This document shows, piece by piece, positions 46,940-59,624 of a stretch of DNA of 64,000 nt. A program made the position numbers and the translations under genes. Source of the stretch: Dicyema japonicum (lineage: Eukaryota > Animalia > Dicyemida); NCBI GenBank assembly GCA_011109175.1, contig RDEW01000002.1:934676-998675 (forward strand), in the 5' to 3' direction. Below the pieces are notes generated by a model. The model was not told the DNA's origin. It was given only the letters and a program-made list of their open reading frames with translations, and searched no databases. Each line of letters opens with the position of its first letter. Position 1 is the stretch's first letter.

Positions 46940-47280
46940 GGATTTTCAGTAAACTAAAGACTAAGACGTGTAAGAGCTGTTTCAGGGTCATGTCTGCATT
47001 TTCTAGTGGCCATTAGAATCAAAAATTGAATCAATGACTAATATTGGTCATTGCATGACTAATTTTTCTGGAATCATTAAAAATTCTTTGTTGGAAGAGG
47101 GAATCGAAGACCCGATCTTTATTTTTGATAATGCCCGTATGTATCATTTTACAGACATTGAATGAAATAGCAGACCTCATGTTCCATATTCACCTCCGTA
47201 CTCGCATCTCTCAATCAAATTGAGATTGTATTCATCACATGGAAAAACAATGTTTTCAGAGGAGGGTCTGAATGATAAAA
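46940..47280 (+). mobile_element. Degenerate IS630/Tc1-like transposase fragment
   Basis: IFIFDNARMYH...PPYS.LNQIEIVF..WKNNV. Confidence 0.65.
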
Positions 47281-48579
47281 TTTAAAAAGGTTGTTTTTTC
47301 CCTTAAAAATTTAGTGACGCTATTGATCGGGAAAGTGACGCTAATGGTCGGGAAATACTGAAGATTCCAAAAAGTAAATATCGTATTATTGGAGATCGGT
47401 TTGCCTTAGTCGCTCCTTTTTGAGATGTCTGGTGTGCTTGGACCTAGGACGTCAAAGTTTATCAAGCTGATCTGGGCTTGCAGAACTGTAGAATAGAGAG
47501 TCTAGAATGGCACAATTGCTCTTGCAAAAAATTGGACTAGCAATCATGAGGGGTAACTCCAATTGATTGTTCAATACCTGAAGACCCTAATTGAGCCCTT
47601 GTCCTAAGAATTGAATAACAAAGAGAATTACAAAAGATGTGATTAATATAATTGGAAATGTAAAGCACCTTAAAGTATCACAGTCTTCTCTTTTTCTCGG
47701 GGGAAATTGCTGATCCGAAATGGGGGCGTGCACACATACCTTTGACCACTCGAAATCATCGGATTCCACGCCAAAAGTTGTGGAGCCCACACGAGGATTC
47801 CACATCGTCGAAATGTATGGATTCCTCTGGTCTAGGATGGTCCCATTTTTGAGATCGCTGAGGTCGAGGAATCAATATCAATGGGGATCGTCGAGAAATG
47901 GAAAGGATTTCTTTGTTTCAAAGGATTTCTTTGAGAGTTGTCACTGGGAAAATGTCAGTCCTATTAACTCTATCCTGATACTATTCAATTTTACTCAAAT
48001 TTCATATTGACCTGAAATAATATGAAATTAATTATGCTCAGATTCACTCACAAATGCTTATTTTAATATACAAGGCCCACATATTGGACGCAGAAGAAAC
48101 GACCCGTAATCGCGATCAGGATTCCTTCGTGTCTGTGAGGAGAATGGAAACCCGCTTCGCCTTTCCATTTCCAAGGCAAAAGAAAACCCCTCCCAATCGG
48201 ATTATGCAGGGATGAGAGAAGTGCTCAACAGGAGTTAGTGATTTAGCTGTGCTCATCCATAGTACCCACAGCTTTTCTGAATCCACGACGTTCCTCTTTT
48301 ATGAGAATTTGGAGAGGAGTGGGTTTTTTTCCAATTTACGTGTATCGGCGCTTCTATTGTTGATTGGTAAAAGCGATCGGATTCCGAGTCATTGTTCCGG
48401 ATTGCTGCGTTGGCGTGTAATGAGGAATAGGTGAGCAGAGAAACATTAACTTAATCACAAATAAATAACACCAGTTAATGGTTCATTTGTAGATGGTAAC
48501 ACTGAAGACGTAGTTCTGGTTCATTATGGCGCATACCATAATCTGAAAGATTCAATTTGTCTAAGCCACATACTGTCCT

Positions 48580-48887
48580 TTATTTATTTATTAACCCCGG
48601 ATACACCGAGAAAGAAGTTAAAGTAAACAACTAATTAAGTGTATCCAGTTTCTCTTCTACAGAAACAGAGTCCATTAGGAATCAGCATAAAGGGTAAAAG
48701 ACGTTCATAGTTGCAGTTGTGGAAACCCCTCCAGTGGAGTGGGGGAGAGCAAATGATCCTTTTTCGTGCCGGCCTGGCACTGGGCGCCACCTAGACAGGT
48801 GGATCACATGACGCCACTCTAATAGGAAGAGAGAGGAGAAACAGACGAGCAAACAGAAACTTCAACCAATTAGCCACGAAGCACCAC
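48580..48887 (-). mobile_element. SINE family A, copy 3
   Basis: Colinear with 2961-3273. Confidence 0.75.
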
Positions 48888-49296
48888 ATGGCGCCACGCG
48901 ACTAATTAGCAAGCAAGTAGTCGCTGTCCTTGATATTGGATATTGTCAAAACATTCGATTTTGAAAACTTTTAACTTAAAATATTTGAAACGACGTTCAT
49001 CCAACAAAAAAAGTTGGGTCTCTAATTTCCAGAGGGGTAAGAGTGGACAATTCCGTCAAAGATAGATATCAAACCCCGAGTCAAGTCGTGCAAGGGACGC
49101 TGAACACCTGTGGCTTTGAAAACTCTCTCACCAAATTATTAAAGACATGTGAAAAACAATCCGAGATCAAACTAACGCTTTCTTCAATGACGTGATTAGT
49201 TACTACACCAAAAATCCTCGGAGTCATATTCGACCAAGACTCTCGTCTAGCTATGTGGAGCGGGATACAGCCGCTATGAAGATGATATTTTTAAAA

Positions 49297-52200
49297 TCAT
49301 ATTATGAGCGCTCGTGAGCGATACTTCTCAACAATAAATCGCCAGCTTATCTGAGCAACTCCTTTCCACACTATCACTGTGTAGTCAATGGACATCTCCT
49401 GCAGTTCTCTAACATGCTCCGCCGTTGAAGAAGAAACCAACAAAACCATTGGAGCAAGTTTCAAGTCCACTTCTTTCAAAAAAGCCATTCCCGTCGACCT
49501 CCTCTTTGTCCATCCGGTGTCACTTAGTTGAGGAATCTTTTCTTTCTCTTTAACCCAGTAATCCAGGGGCAATAGATAAATAATGTGGGATTACTGACAC
49601 ATTTAATCTCTTCATATCCTCATCTAACCTTTCTTCCCTCTTATTGAACTCTGAAGACACATGATACGCGAACATTTGTAAATAAGGAAGGATCCACCAA
49701 GTCTTAGTCCTACTGGGCCAAATTGAATAACTCTGGCTAAAGGAGGAACGATACAACCAGTTAACCAAAAAGAAGACAAACAAATTATGGAGAATATTCA
49801 TAATATTAAATAAGAGAGTAAAAATATAACATTATCTAATTGCCCCCCTTTTTCCATCCTTACAATTACTACAAGTCCATGGAATATCCCAACTCTGTCA
49901 ATAATAATAATAATCAAACAGATGGGTGAATAGGCATACACTTGACATGACATTGTCGACCACACACCGAACAACTCAAATCAATCCCCAATCTCCTCAA
50001 TCGATGACAATATCTACAGTACACTGTAGTTGAGGCCACTTCATCCCACACTATATGCTGACTAAATATGTCCCATATTATTGATATTTGAGACAAATTA
50101 GTCACCTCCTCTCGCAATTGCTTAATCCACAACTCCACAAACCCAGAATCGACTGAATTTCACATAAAATTACCTTTAATACATTTGCTCTCCTTCTTTA
50201 ACGACTTCCTACCCTTCTTTCTCATGGTACCACAACCTGAATAACAATAAAGATATACCGAATGGAAACATCAGAAAGACTGGGAGAATGTTTTCAATCA
50301 ACCTCACAACAGTATAGGCAACCACGTTCACTATCTTTCCACCATTCATACCCACATAATCCTCAATGAACTCATAGTTGTGGGACTGCACAGCTTCTAT
50401 GAACTCCCTACTGAGGGAACCCTCCACCACCATATTTCTGGAGACCAAATAAGCACTCACAAACGACAACTCAGCCATAATCTCATGACACAAAAAGTCA
50501 TATAGACTATGATAAAAAAGTCAACTACTTTGAGGACTCCACATTCCCTGGGATGTCGCCCATTCCAAGCTTTTCACTATTAACTCTTTATTCCTTCCCA
50601 GTTCCTCATATAACCGCTTCTCCCGGTTCCCACTCAGATTTAAGGCACTCATTAGAGATTCCAGAGTCTCTTTATCTCTGATACATGTCCACGTGGGCTT
50701 CCATAAGGCCCTGATCTGATCGTGGACTGGGGAGACTGTCTCATTGTAGACAGGAGATGTGATCTGACTGTACTCAAACTCCCACGTGGGCATAGGATCC
50801 ACGACCTCCTTGAAACCGAAGCCAAAGCGACTAGCAAATTGCTGCCATGTCTCTTTGTTGGTGTCAACTGCAATCTGTGTCACCACCTTATGGCTGACAG
50901 TATCAGCAATTGATTTCTACGGTGGATAGAGGAAATTACTGTGAAATGAGAGGCCATCACATAAACTCCACACATCCCTGGAATATAGTAGTAGTGTCTG
51001 TCCACTCTGTCGATCCCCAGAGAAACCACATTGATGCAGTTGGATTTTTTGGATAAAGTCATTTTCGCGGTTAACACTTTGGAGGCAATTTTGTTCAGTT
51101 TAACTTGTCTTCTTATAGCCCGCCTAAATAAAAACAGTCGAATACTTTTGGTTCAAATCCTCGTTTTGTTCATCATTTTTTGGTTCGTCTTCACTGCTTT
51201 CGTCCCACCATTTACTCTTTCTCCCACGTGACACGGAGCACTCCAAGATCTCCACTTGGATTGGGTTCTTATCATACCTTCAATCTTCATTAACAATTAC
51301 TTTGCAATTCGACGACTCTCTTCCTTAGTAATTGACTTCAACTCCCTTCGAACCTCCTCAACCCTCTGCATAGTACTGTCAATCGTCTCCCTGAACCCTG
51401 GGTGAGTGGAGATATTGTTGATGAGGCCAGTGAGGAGTAACAATTGGTCCTCTGTATTCAAATGAAGGTAAAACCAGTCTGCAGAGTGTAAATGTCACCA
51501 TCCTCTAGCTTCTCGATCAGATCAAAATGAAAGTGACAGAAGTGGAGGGCATCCGCTGCCTGAAGAGGGTTGTTCAGTTTGATGAGACCCACGAGGCCTT
51601 CAGCAGCACTGATGAGCCAGAAGACTCTAATAACTTCGGTTATGTTCCTTTTGGTGACTCCCAGGGAGTTTAAATTAAGACCTGAGTAAACCCACAGCCA
51701 ACCAAATCTGTTAATACAGTCGGGTAGTCTTCCCAACATAGAGGATAGTTTGTCCCCAGAGAAATGTTTCTGAGAGCTGATGATCTTCTTTGAGTCTGAA
51801 ATAACCAATTATCATTACAGGAAGCAGTATCAATGAATTTCTTTATTCCAGTCATGTCCAACAGCACAAGAATAGGCGCCAAAAATAGTTTAAATAGTCT
51901 ATTGTAATTCCCCAGTAAGGCAGATTGAATAAACCCTACCATAATAAAACAGAACAACCAATAGTAAATTCAAATTCTACTTCTCCACGTGGAATGAATG
52001 TGATCAGAAAATCTTCGAATACCTCCATGAAGTAAGATACCCCCAAAATCGAGCCGAAATGTTCGTTCATGATATGTGCATTGGAATTGGATAGGGGAAT
52101 TATTGGGGAAAGATCAGGGAGAAGCTGATATTAAGGAATAAAACACCTTCAATTGGTCACACAGAAGATCTTCCTTCACTCGTTTTATGTGCTTCTTGTA

Positions 52201-53087
52201 CTCCTCTTGGAGGGATTTTATCCTCCTAATTCGAGCCTCCTGAAATATAAGACAGGGACAACCTTGTAGACGTCGAGACGTCTCTTTTGGTCGTTAGAAG
52301 GCGGGAAAAAAGAATCAATTTTGGAGCGACATTTAGTGTCAAACAATAATACGAAAACAAACCATTAGGAAGTGACTTCAAGGTGGGCCTGTTTTCGGTG
52401 AATATATCCTGGTTTGACAAATTCATGATCTCTTCTGCACAGTCAGACTGTAATAAGACACCCCTGACCTTAACAAACCAACGTCCGTTGACCTCCTGGC
52501 AGTACAGTCGGAGACAACACCCTAGTCGTTCCTTGCTTAGTGTCTTCAACAGTCGCCTATGAGTTAACAGATATCCCACGTGGGTTTAGTCATTCTGTAT
52601 GTTTGCCCGTCGGCTGTAGCATAGAAGGTGTATGGTTGATCCCCTTCCACGTGGGACACTCTACCCCGGACCTTGTTTCCCTGGGAGTCCTCAAAGTCAA
52701 CTGGTTCTCCAACAAAGAAGACGGAGGAGACAAAGTTAAAGACAGTGAGGACGAGAGCGTCAAAATCACAATTTCCAACGCACGTGACAGAGTAGAGAAT
52801 ACCCCGAATTAGCGGCAGAGTTAGTTGTTGAACGTCCTCTCTGCAGAGAACCTCACATTGGATAGCATCCTCGTAAGTGAGGCCAGCCCCCCCACGGAGC
52901 GAGCACCCCCACACCAGACTATTACAGAGCACAGTTCTTTCCCAAAATGACCTATAATAACACCCACCACAAACTCGTAATCTTTGAATACTTCGCCAGT
53001 GAACCGACAGAAGAACACATAGTCCTCGTCCTTTACATCTTCAGGCAATGGGGAAGGTACATATGGCTGACTCCAAAGAAGAGGCAT
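49297..53087 (-). CDS. BAZ1A: BAZ1A/ACF1 ISWI-complex subunit (WAC, DDT, WHIM, PHD, divergent C-terminus)
   Basis: MPLLWSQPYV...VFFCRFTGEVFKDYE/SFWERTVLCNSLVWGC (WAC); SLGIDRVDRHYY and LESLMSALNLSGNREKRL (WHIM); YCRYC...CSVCGRQCHVKC...WTCSNC (PHD). Confidence 0.92.
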
Positions 53088-54199
53088 AATAAACCTAAGT
53101 TGGGTTAATTATATTTAGGCGGGAAATTGTGCAGTTTATTTGATTATGAAATAAGCCAATGAGCGAATTGGGAGAAAGGAAGGGCAATTTAGAAGTGAAT
53201 TTTTGGTATTCGGGGGGAATATGTAAATTATTATATCGCTTGTTAATTAAATAAATTGATATGAGAATTTGCTAGGGTTAAGAATGAAAAGTACATGGTT
53301 AAAGTGAAATTGGCAAAAAAATCATATGGTGAGATAATTTGAGTAAGAAAAGTAAGAAAATTGTACCACAACAGTATTAAGCAAATTAGTGTGTTTTAGA
53401 ATTTAAATTTGTTTTTATGCTTTTATTTGAAGGTTAACCATTCTAAATTATGATTTAATTTTTTATTATATTATTAATATTTTTATTTATTCAAATATAT
53501 TAATTGAGATTTTTAATACGCAAAATTATATTCATTATTACCCCCAGGATCACTGGGTCAGAGAAAGAAATAAACGTTCTCAACTAACTAAGTGATCCCA
53601 GACCGACAAGGGAGAGGACGAGTCCGACTGGATCGAGAATCCTGTACAGTTTTTCTCGTCGGAAACGGCATCGACTCAAACTTCCTGTATGATTGTAAAT
53701 ATTTGATAGTGTTTGGAACAGAGGGCAGATCGGTAAACTAGCATCCTTTAAGAGATTCTGTTGTAATTCGATTAAGAAGTTTTCAATCGGCTGGATTTTG
53801 TGTTCTAATCCAATTAACCTTATTTAGTCTCCTCGATTGTGGATAGTTTCTGTGAGGAAAATCTGCATTGCCCATAAAAGACTTGGATATGTCATCGTGG
53901 TCGGATAAACTGTTCACAACTGTGGCAAGGCTCACAGTGGGGGTAATAATAATATTCATAAATAGTTGCTTCACTCCTATTGAAAAAGGAAGTAATTACA
54001 TTTCCACAAGTCTCTCCTTTAAGGGTTCCCACAATTTCAGATGTGGATGGGCGTGATGTTCGAGCATAATGGGTTTACTCTGATGGTGGGAACTTGATAT
54101 ACCTTAGTTTTACGTTAATTAAATCTTATATACCTCTCTTTTCTGTACATCCTGAGTATTAAATAAATAATTCCAAGATTTTAATTTTACTTGTTAGTC

Positions 54200-55290
54200 A
54201 AATGGTCCGGGATTTGAGGTTGATCCTTGCAGTGGATACGATTTCTACTTATCTCCGGGATGTCTCGGTCATCCGACTCGAAAACGCAATTTTTCTAGTA
54301 ATATGCCAACTCTCCTGGAAGAGAAAAATGCATCCATAATTCACATCCAATTTAAAAACCCAGGACTCAACACGTCTTTAATCATCCTTGGACTGCCGTT
54401 GAAGAAATACTCAACATTTCTTTTGATAAAACTGGCTGGATTAATGTAAACTACCCTTCGCTACGGAGGAATCGGAATACGATCACCACTAGAACTCGCC
54501 CTTTCTATCTTCACATGCTGCCAGTGGTCTCACACAATAGATCCTACGCTACATTAACGGATCGGACGCTGAATCAATGGCATACGTGGCTCGGGAAGTC
54601 TGAACGCGACTGAGTGTAGGATTCCCGAAGAACGCAAATAAACAAAAAGAATGGGACAAGCTTTTATGCTCAAAGATCATAGACGAAATAAAACCTGTGC
54701 TTGACCAGCATAGTCAGACTTGTCTGGCTTTTTCATCGGCGAACGAAGGTGGTGCCTGGCTCAGAACATTACTATCACCTTATTTGGGACACTATTGGAT
54801 GAAGACGCGACGAGGATTGGGGTTTCCGTCCGCCTCGGAATAGATGTTTGCACGATCCATCGCTGTAGATGTGGAGGAATGGTCGACGCGAAAGGTCTTT
54901 ACGCTCTTTCCTGTCGGAGGAGTGCTGGAAGGATCCAAGACACGTCGCAATCAATGGAGTTATCTCTTGGAGACTTGAGGCTGCTGGATTTCCTGTCCGA
55001 TTGGAGCCGCTTGGACTTGCTCAAGCCAACCGATGACCTGACGGCACCACTCTCTTCCCATGGGAGAGTGGTAATTACCTTGTCTAGGACGCACCTGTAT
55101 CGATAGTCTCTCTCCCTCCAACCTTACAACGACAGCAACTAACCCAGGCTCTGCTTCGGAGAAGGCTGAGACCCTAAAGATAAAAAATACGCATATCTCG
55201 GTGGACAATTCATTTTCGAATCACTGACAGTCGAAACGACATGAATCATTGGAAGCAGGCCACTGACCTTAAAAAAATCGTCAGTAAATC
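54200..55290 (+). mobile_element. Degenerate CRE-clade retrotransposon 3' part
   Basis: YGGIGIRSP, GAWL, VRLG..VC..HRCRCG, LEP.G, PDG.TLFPWESG..LV.D motifs. Confidence 0.8.
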
Positions 55291-55399
55291 GTCAGAGGGA
55301 ATACATTCTCAATTATGAGAGCAGCCTGTAGTTGTTAACTGTTACTTTTTGGCTATAATAAATTGTTTTTTTCAAAAAATATGAAAACTAATTGAAACT

Positions 55400-56605
55400 C
55401 TAAACGAATAAGCCACATGTTAATCATGGAACATTCTGAATGCGATGATAAAGAAGAGCCTTTTCCCTTCCTCGACTGCTTGCGTCAGCAAGGTCTATCA
55501 ACAAGTCATCGTACCTACTATTGAATATGCCTGCTCCGCCTGGAGGTTTGCGATTCCCCCTTCGAGAGTGGACCGTTTGAACTCCCTCAGGCGGAGAATT
55601 ATGCACCACACGGACATCAACATTGGCGACCTCGTATCTGATGAGGCAACGTTGAAGAATGGCAAGTGTTTCCTACGTTTCTGCAAGGAACTGGAAAACC
55701 CACTCAAGGAAAAGGTGGCCCATGCAGAGGAATTTCGGTCGGTAATAAAAAAGTGCACGCCGATTGAATTCCTTTGCAGAAGGAAGGGAAGACGCTTCCG
55801 GAATGCGGTTGGATCATCAGAAGACCAAATGAAGAGAGTTCGGATGTTGTTGGAGGCTGGGATCACCTAATTAGTTACAGGGTTGTTGAAAATCAAAAAA
55901 ATCAGATTTTTTGAATTAAATGATTTTTATTCGGAAACAAAGTAAAATAAAAATAAAAACAATGGAAATCGTTTTTATTTATTTAAAAGCTTGTAAACAA
56001 AGACAAGTTTGGCAGCACCAATTGATGACGAGAGGGTAACACGATCGAGCAATGAACCACCAATTTGATGACGAGAGGGTAAACGATACCCAGGAAGAAG
56101 CATTTGGACGAATTTTACAAATTCCGGATGTTCTACAGCAGCAAAAAGAGTGTTACTGGAATATATGTATCTAGTGAGTTGCATATCATCAAATTTTTCT
56201 TCGATGACGTCGTCGTAGTAACGAAATTGATTAAAGACTGGTCCCTCATTCTTGGGAGGAATTCGCTGATCAAATCAGGTTTCGACGGATTTTCGGGTAT
56301 ATCAATATTAGTTCGGCATAACAAATGATGCTGCCTCATCCGAGACCTTGTACCTCCTTCCCGCAATTACGGCATCTGGCTCGACTCCCGGTCTTTCCAG
56401 GGATAATACGTTTATCGAAGTGAACCCACAAGGCATCACGCTTTCTTTCAGACATTAAAAAAATTTAAATGATTTTTTTTGATTTTTTTAATGATTTAAA
56501 TCATTGATTTTTTTGTTGATTAAAGTTAAATGATTTAAATCTAACAACCCTGATCAGTTAGTTTTGACCTATCTTTCCTGGTGGTCTTGGGGTTAAATAA
56601 ATAAA
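55400..56605 (+). mobile_element. LINE 3' fragment, family C, interrupted by a hAT element (uninterrupted inverted copy at ~63040-63740)
   Basis: YQQVIVPTIEYACSAW; tail GCTGGGATCACCTAATTAGTTA...TCTTGGGGTTAAATAAATAAAT. Confidence 0.85.
55878..56552 (-). mobile_element. Internally deleted hAT transposon (675 bp)
   Basis: 10-bp TIR CAGGGTTGTT; 8-bp TSD ATTAGTTA/ATCAGTTA; BED finger (LWVHF...ARCRNC...RMRQHHLLC) and AVEHPEFVKFV..PGYRLPSR. Confidence 0.9.
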
Positions 56606-58525
56606 TGTTAATCATCTTTGATCGCATTAAGCAAACGTGCATCATATAGTCCAACTGAGAATGTTGGGCGCTCTCACATTCCCTTAGAGTCATTGGAGAC
56701 TTTGTTCCGAAAAGGATTTGATTGATCTGTTACAAAAAATTTCATCACAATGGTTAGGTGAGGAAAGCCAAAACCTCAGATCAACTCCAGAGACAGAAAT
56801 ATCATGATTCGTGAGTAAATTATCATTTGCAACAAATATATTTCAATATGTCTCCTATTTACTAACCGCTTTCACCTTTGTGATAGGGTAGATTTTTCAT
56901 GTAAAACACAAAAGCCATCCGAAGACGATTACAATGAAATACTTGATTATAGTAAACCCCCTACAGTAGACCAATCATATACTCTTTTCTGAGAAACATC
57001 CGGGTAAACCTGGCCTGTCTACAATGTAGCCATCAGCCTTTTTTTCCGACATACGTAAACTGGATGATGTAAAAGATGTTCTCTGTTCCTTTGCAACCTC
57101 TCTGAATTGACAGCAAATCACTTATCTGAATGTTCTTAACTAATACGCTGTTCATCTGCAAAAACCAAAGTTACCGATATATGGGAGCCACCGACATTTT
57201 CTGCGTTTTACTTAATAGCCGCTGGTCTCCTACAAGTTAGTGAGGTCGGGGTTACTTAACTAACTGATAAGTTAGATTTCTCAGATCATCGTGTTCTTAC
57301 ATGTTTTTAATTTTTGCAGGCCTGATCCTCATCATGATTATCATAAAATGTTCTACGTCATAATTTTTACTTATGATATTTTGACTATTTGATGGACTGA
57401 ACCCTTATCATTTATGAACTTAGACTACCACTTAAAATACTTGAAATCAATTTATTTAAACACTTAATAGAATGTTCCTCTGACAACCACCAGTGAAATC
57501 ACATGGAATGGCTATTTCATTTCCCGTCGATCCTCAGTCAGTTTGGAAATCCTCGACCCCAGTGATCTCAAAAATGAGACTTTTCAATATTATTATACTT
57601 AATGTCAATTGTTTGTTATTTAAACCATATAATTAATTTACGTAATAAAGTGTTTTCCACTAAAGTCAATGGGTCCCCTGTTATCAACTCGTACATGAGG
57701 AAAATTGAGGAACATAAAAGATGAGAGTTAACTATTTAATAGTGCTAATTGGAAAGAAAGGGGACTTTCAGGAAGACATAGCTGTAGAAAGAAGGGGGCC
57801 TTCCAAACTCTTATACGCATGAGGAAGCTGAAAATTGGAATAGAGGTTTTGATTTTTCCATTCGAACGCGTTATTGTCCCGTCGCTTGTATACGAATATG
57901 AGTGCTGGTGCTAAACTCTAAAAAACCAGATATCGCAGTTAGAAAAACAAGAAAAGCAGCTATCAAGCTTGCAATAAAAAGAGAGATAAAAAAAGCTCTG
58001 CAGAAGTTTTCCGGTTCTGTGACGGATCTGACCTTTTCTAAGGAAACAGTTGATTCGAGAGCATGTGCACGTTATGGGAGCATACAGAGAATGAGTCTAT
58101 TTTGAGAAGTACCCGAGCATAGATGATGAAAACGGCTACGTTTTTCTCTCAATACCTGAAGATAATTATTTGTATTTGATTTTATTCAGCCGAATTAGTC
58201 AATGTAATAAGTGTCGTACCAAATACAGATGATTCCTAGTTCGAATCTCGCTACTGTCAGCTTAAACGAAGGTTTAACGCATTTATGATGCTTGTTGGAG
58301 TGACGGCGTCAGGAACCTTATTGTCTTAGCCACTTATACGCCAACAAAATAGAAAGGAACCAAAGTAAACTTTGATGGCTTGTACACTGTTCTCCACTTA
58401 ACAAAGTGTAAAGCATAGGCCTGAGCGGGAGATGAGTACTGTAAACATAGTCGACTAGTAATACTGATAATAAAATTGTTTTTAAACTAAAATGTAATAT
58501 TTATAACTAAGACTATATTTTAAAA

Positions 58526-59318
58526 CTATATTTTATCTGTCTGGTCGTTTCCGTTTATTTGGTAGTTTTGATCGTTCGCATCATATGGAGGACAAAAACA
58601 AACAATAAATGTATAAGGTATTAAGTACGGAGGATATGGGTAGCTCATATTTTCTGGGTATTGATCTCTCCCCCAATCGCAGGTGATTCTGAGTCCATTT
58701 AATACGGTTCTATTGTTGCAATAAATCGCACTTGCGGCTGCATGATGAGAAAAAGCTAAATCATTAACAAAAAGCATACACGACAAAACAATACTTTTTT
58801 GATGCAAAGGTCTTAACCTCACGAATATCTCCATGGGTAGCGAAGAATGGTGTAATATCACCTGCAGTTACATTAGGGTGGACGTTTCCTACGTATACAG
58901 TTCTATTTATATAGTTTCCAGCAGCACTGACTTCCTCTAAACTCCTCCAAGCTAAAATGACAACGAATCATACCTCTCATTTGAGGTCTCGCTTCCTTGA
59001 CCTGAACTCGACGACCTCTGATTTCGACCCCATTCATTTCCCGAATAGCTCGCTGTCGTTCCTACTATAACTACAATCACTACTTCTGTGGTGGAAAATT
59101 CTATAAAGGCATAGTTCAACCTGTGAGGATTGTTTACTGTAGAATTCTCCGATTTGAGTCTTACTTCACTATTTCAGTGTAATTATATGCTACTCACATT
59201 ATTCTGCCAATGTGTTGAAAGGTTTCACGTAGCATTCCCTCCGTGACGCTATTTGTCAATTCTCCCACGTATACAGTTTTGCCTCCCTTTCTTCGTGATT
59301 TGAGTTGCCGTTGTTCAT
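58526..59318 (-). CDS. TIA1: TIA-1/TIAR-like RNA-binding protein with only two RRMs
   Basis: KTVYVGELTNSVTEGML...NYAFIEF...AIREMNG (RRM1-like); SLEEVSAAGNYINRTVYVGNV...KKYCFV..SHHAAASAI...LNGLRITCDWGRD (RRM3-like); P/Y/N/Q-rich tail. Confidence 0.75.
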
Positions 59319-59447
59319 TTCTAAATGATAAGTTGTCATTAAAATTAAATAGTGGGATTTATAATTGATTAGTTATATTAAAATTAAAAAAGTCAATACA
59401 GACAGTGTAATTCGATAGACAATTACACTTTTTTAAAACTTTGCCTA

Positions 59448-59624
59448 ATAAATTTATCCTTCATAAGCTGCACCTGCAGTAAATATTACCAGAATGCGCA
59501 CTAATCTTTATTCTAAAATGCTAAACAGCATATATTTTCTATAAATTATCCTTCCATAAGCTGTAAATATTACCAGAATAGGACTAATCTTTATTGTAAA
59601 ATGCTAAACAGCATATATTTTCTA
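59448..59624. repeat. Tandem duplication (~93 + ~83 nt) upstream of the TIA1-like gene
   Basis: GTAAATATTACCAGAAT...CTAATCTTTATT.TAAAATGCTAAACAGCATATATTTTCTA occurs twice. Confidence 0.85.
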
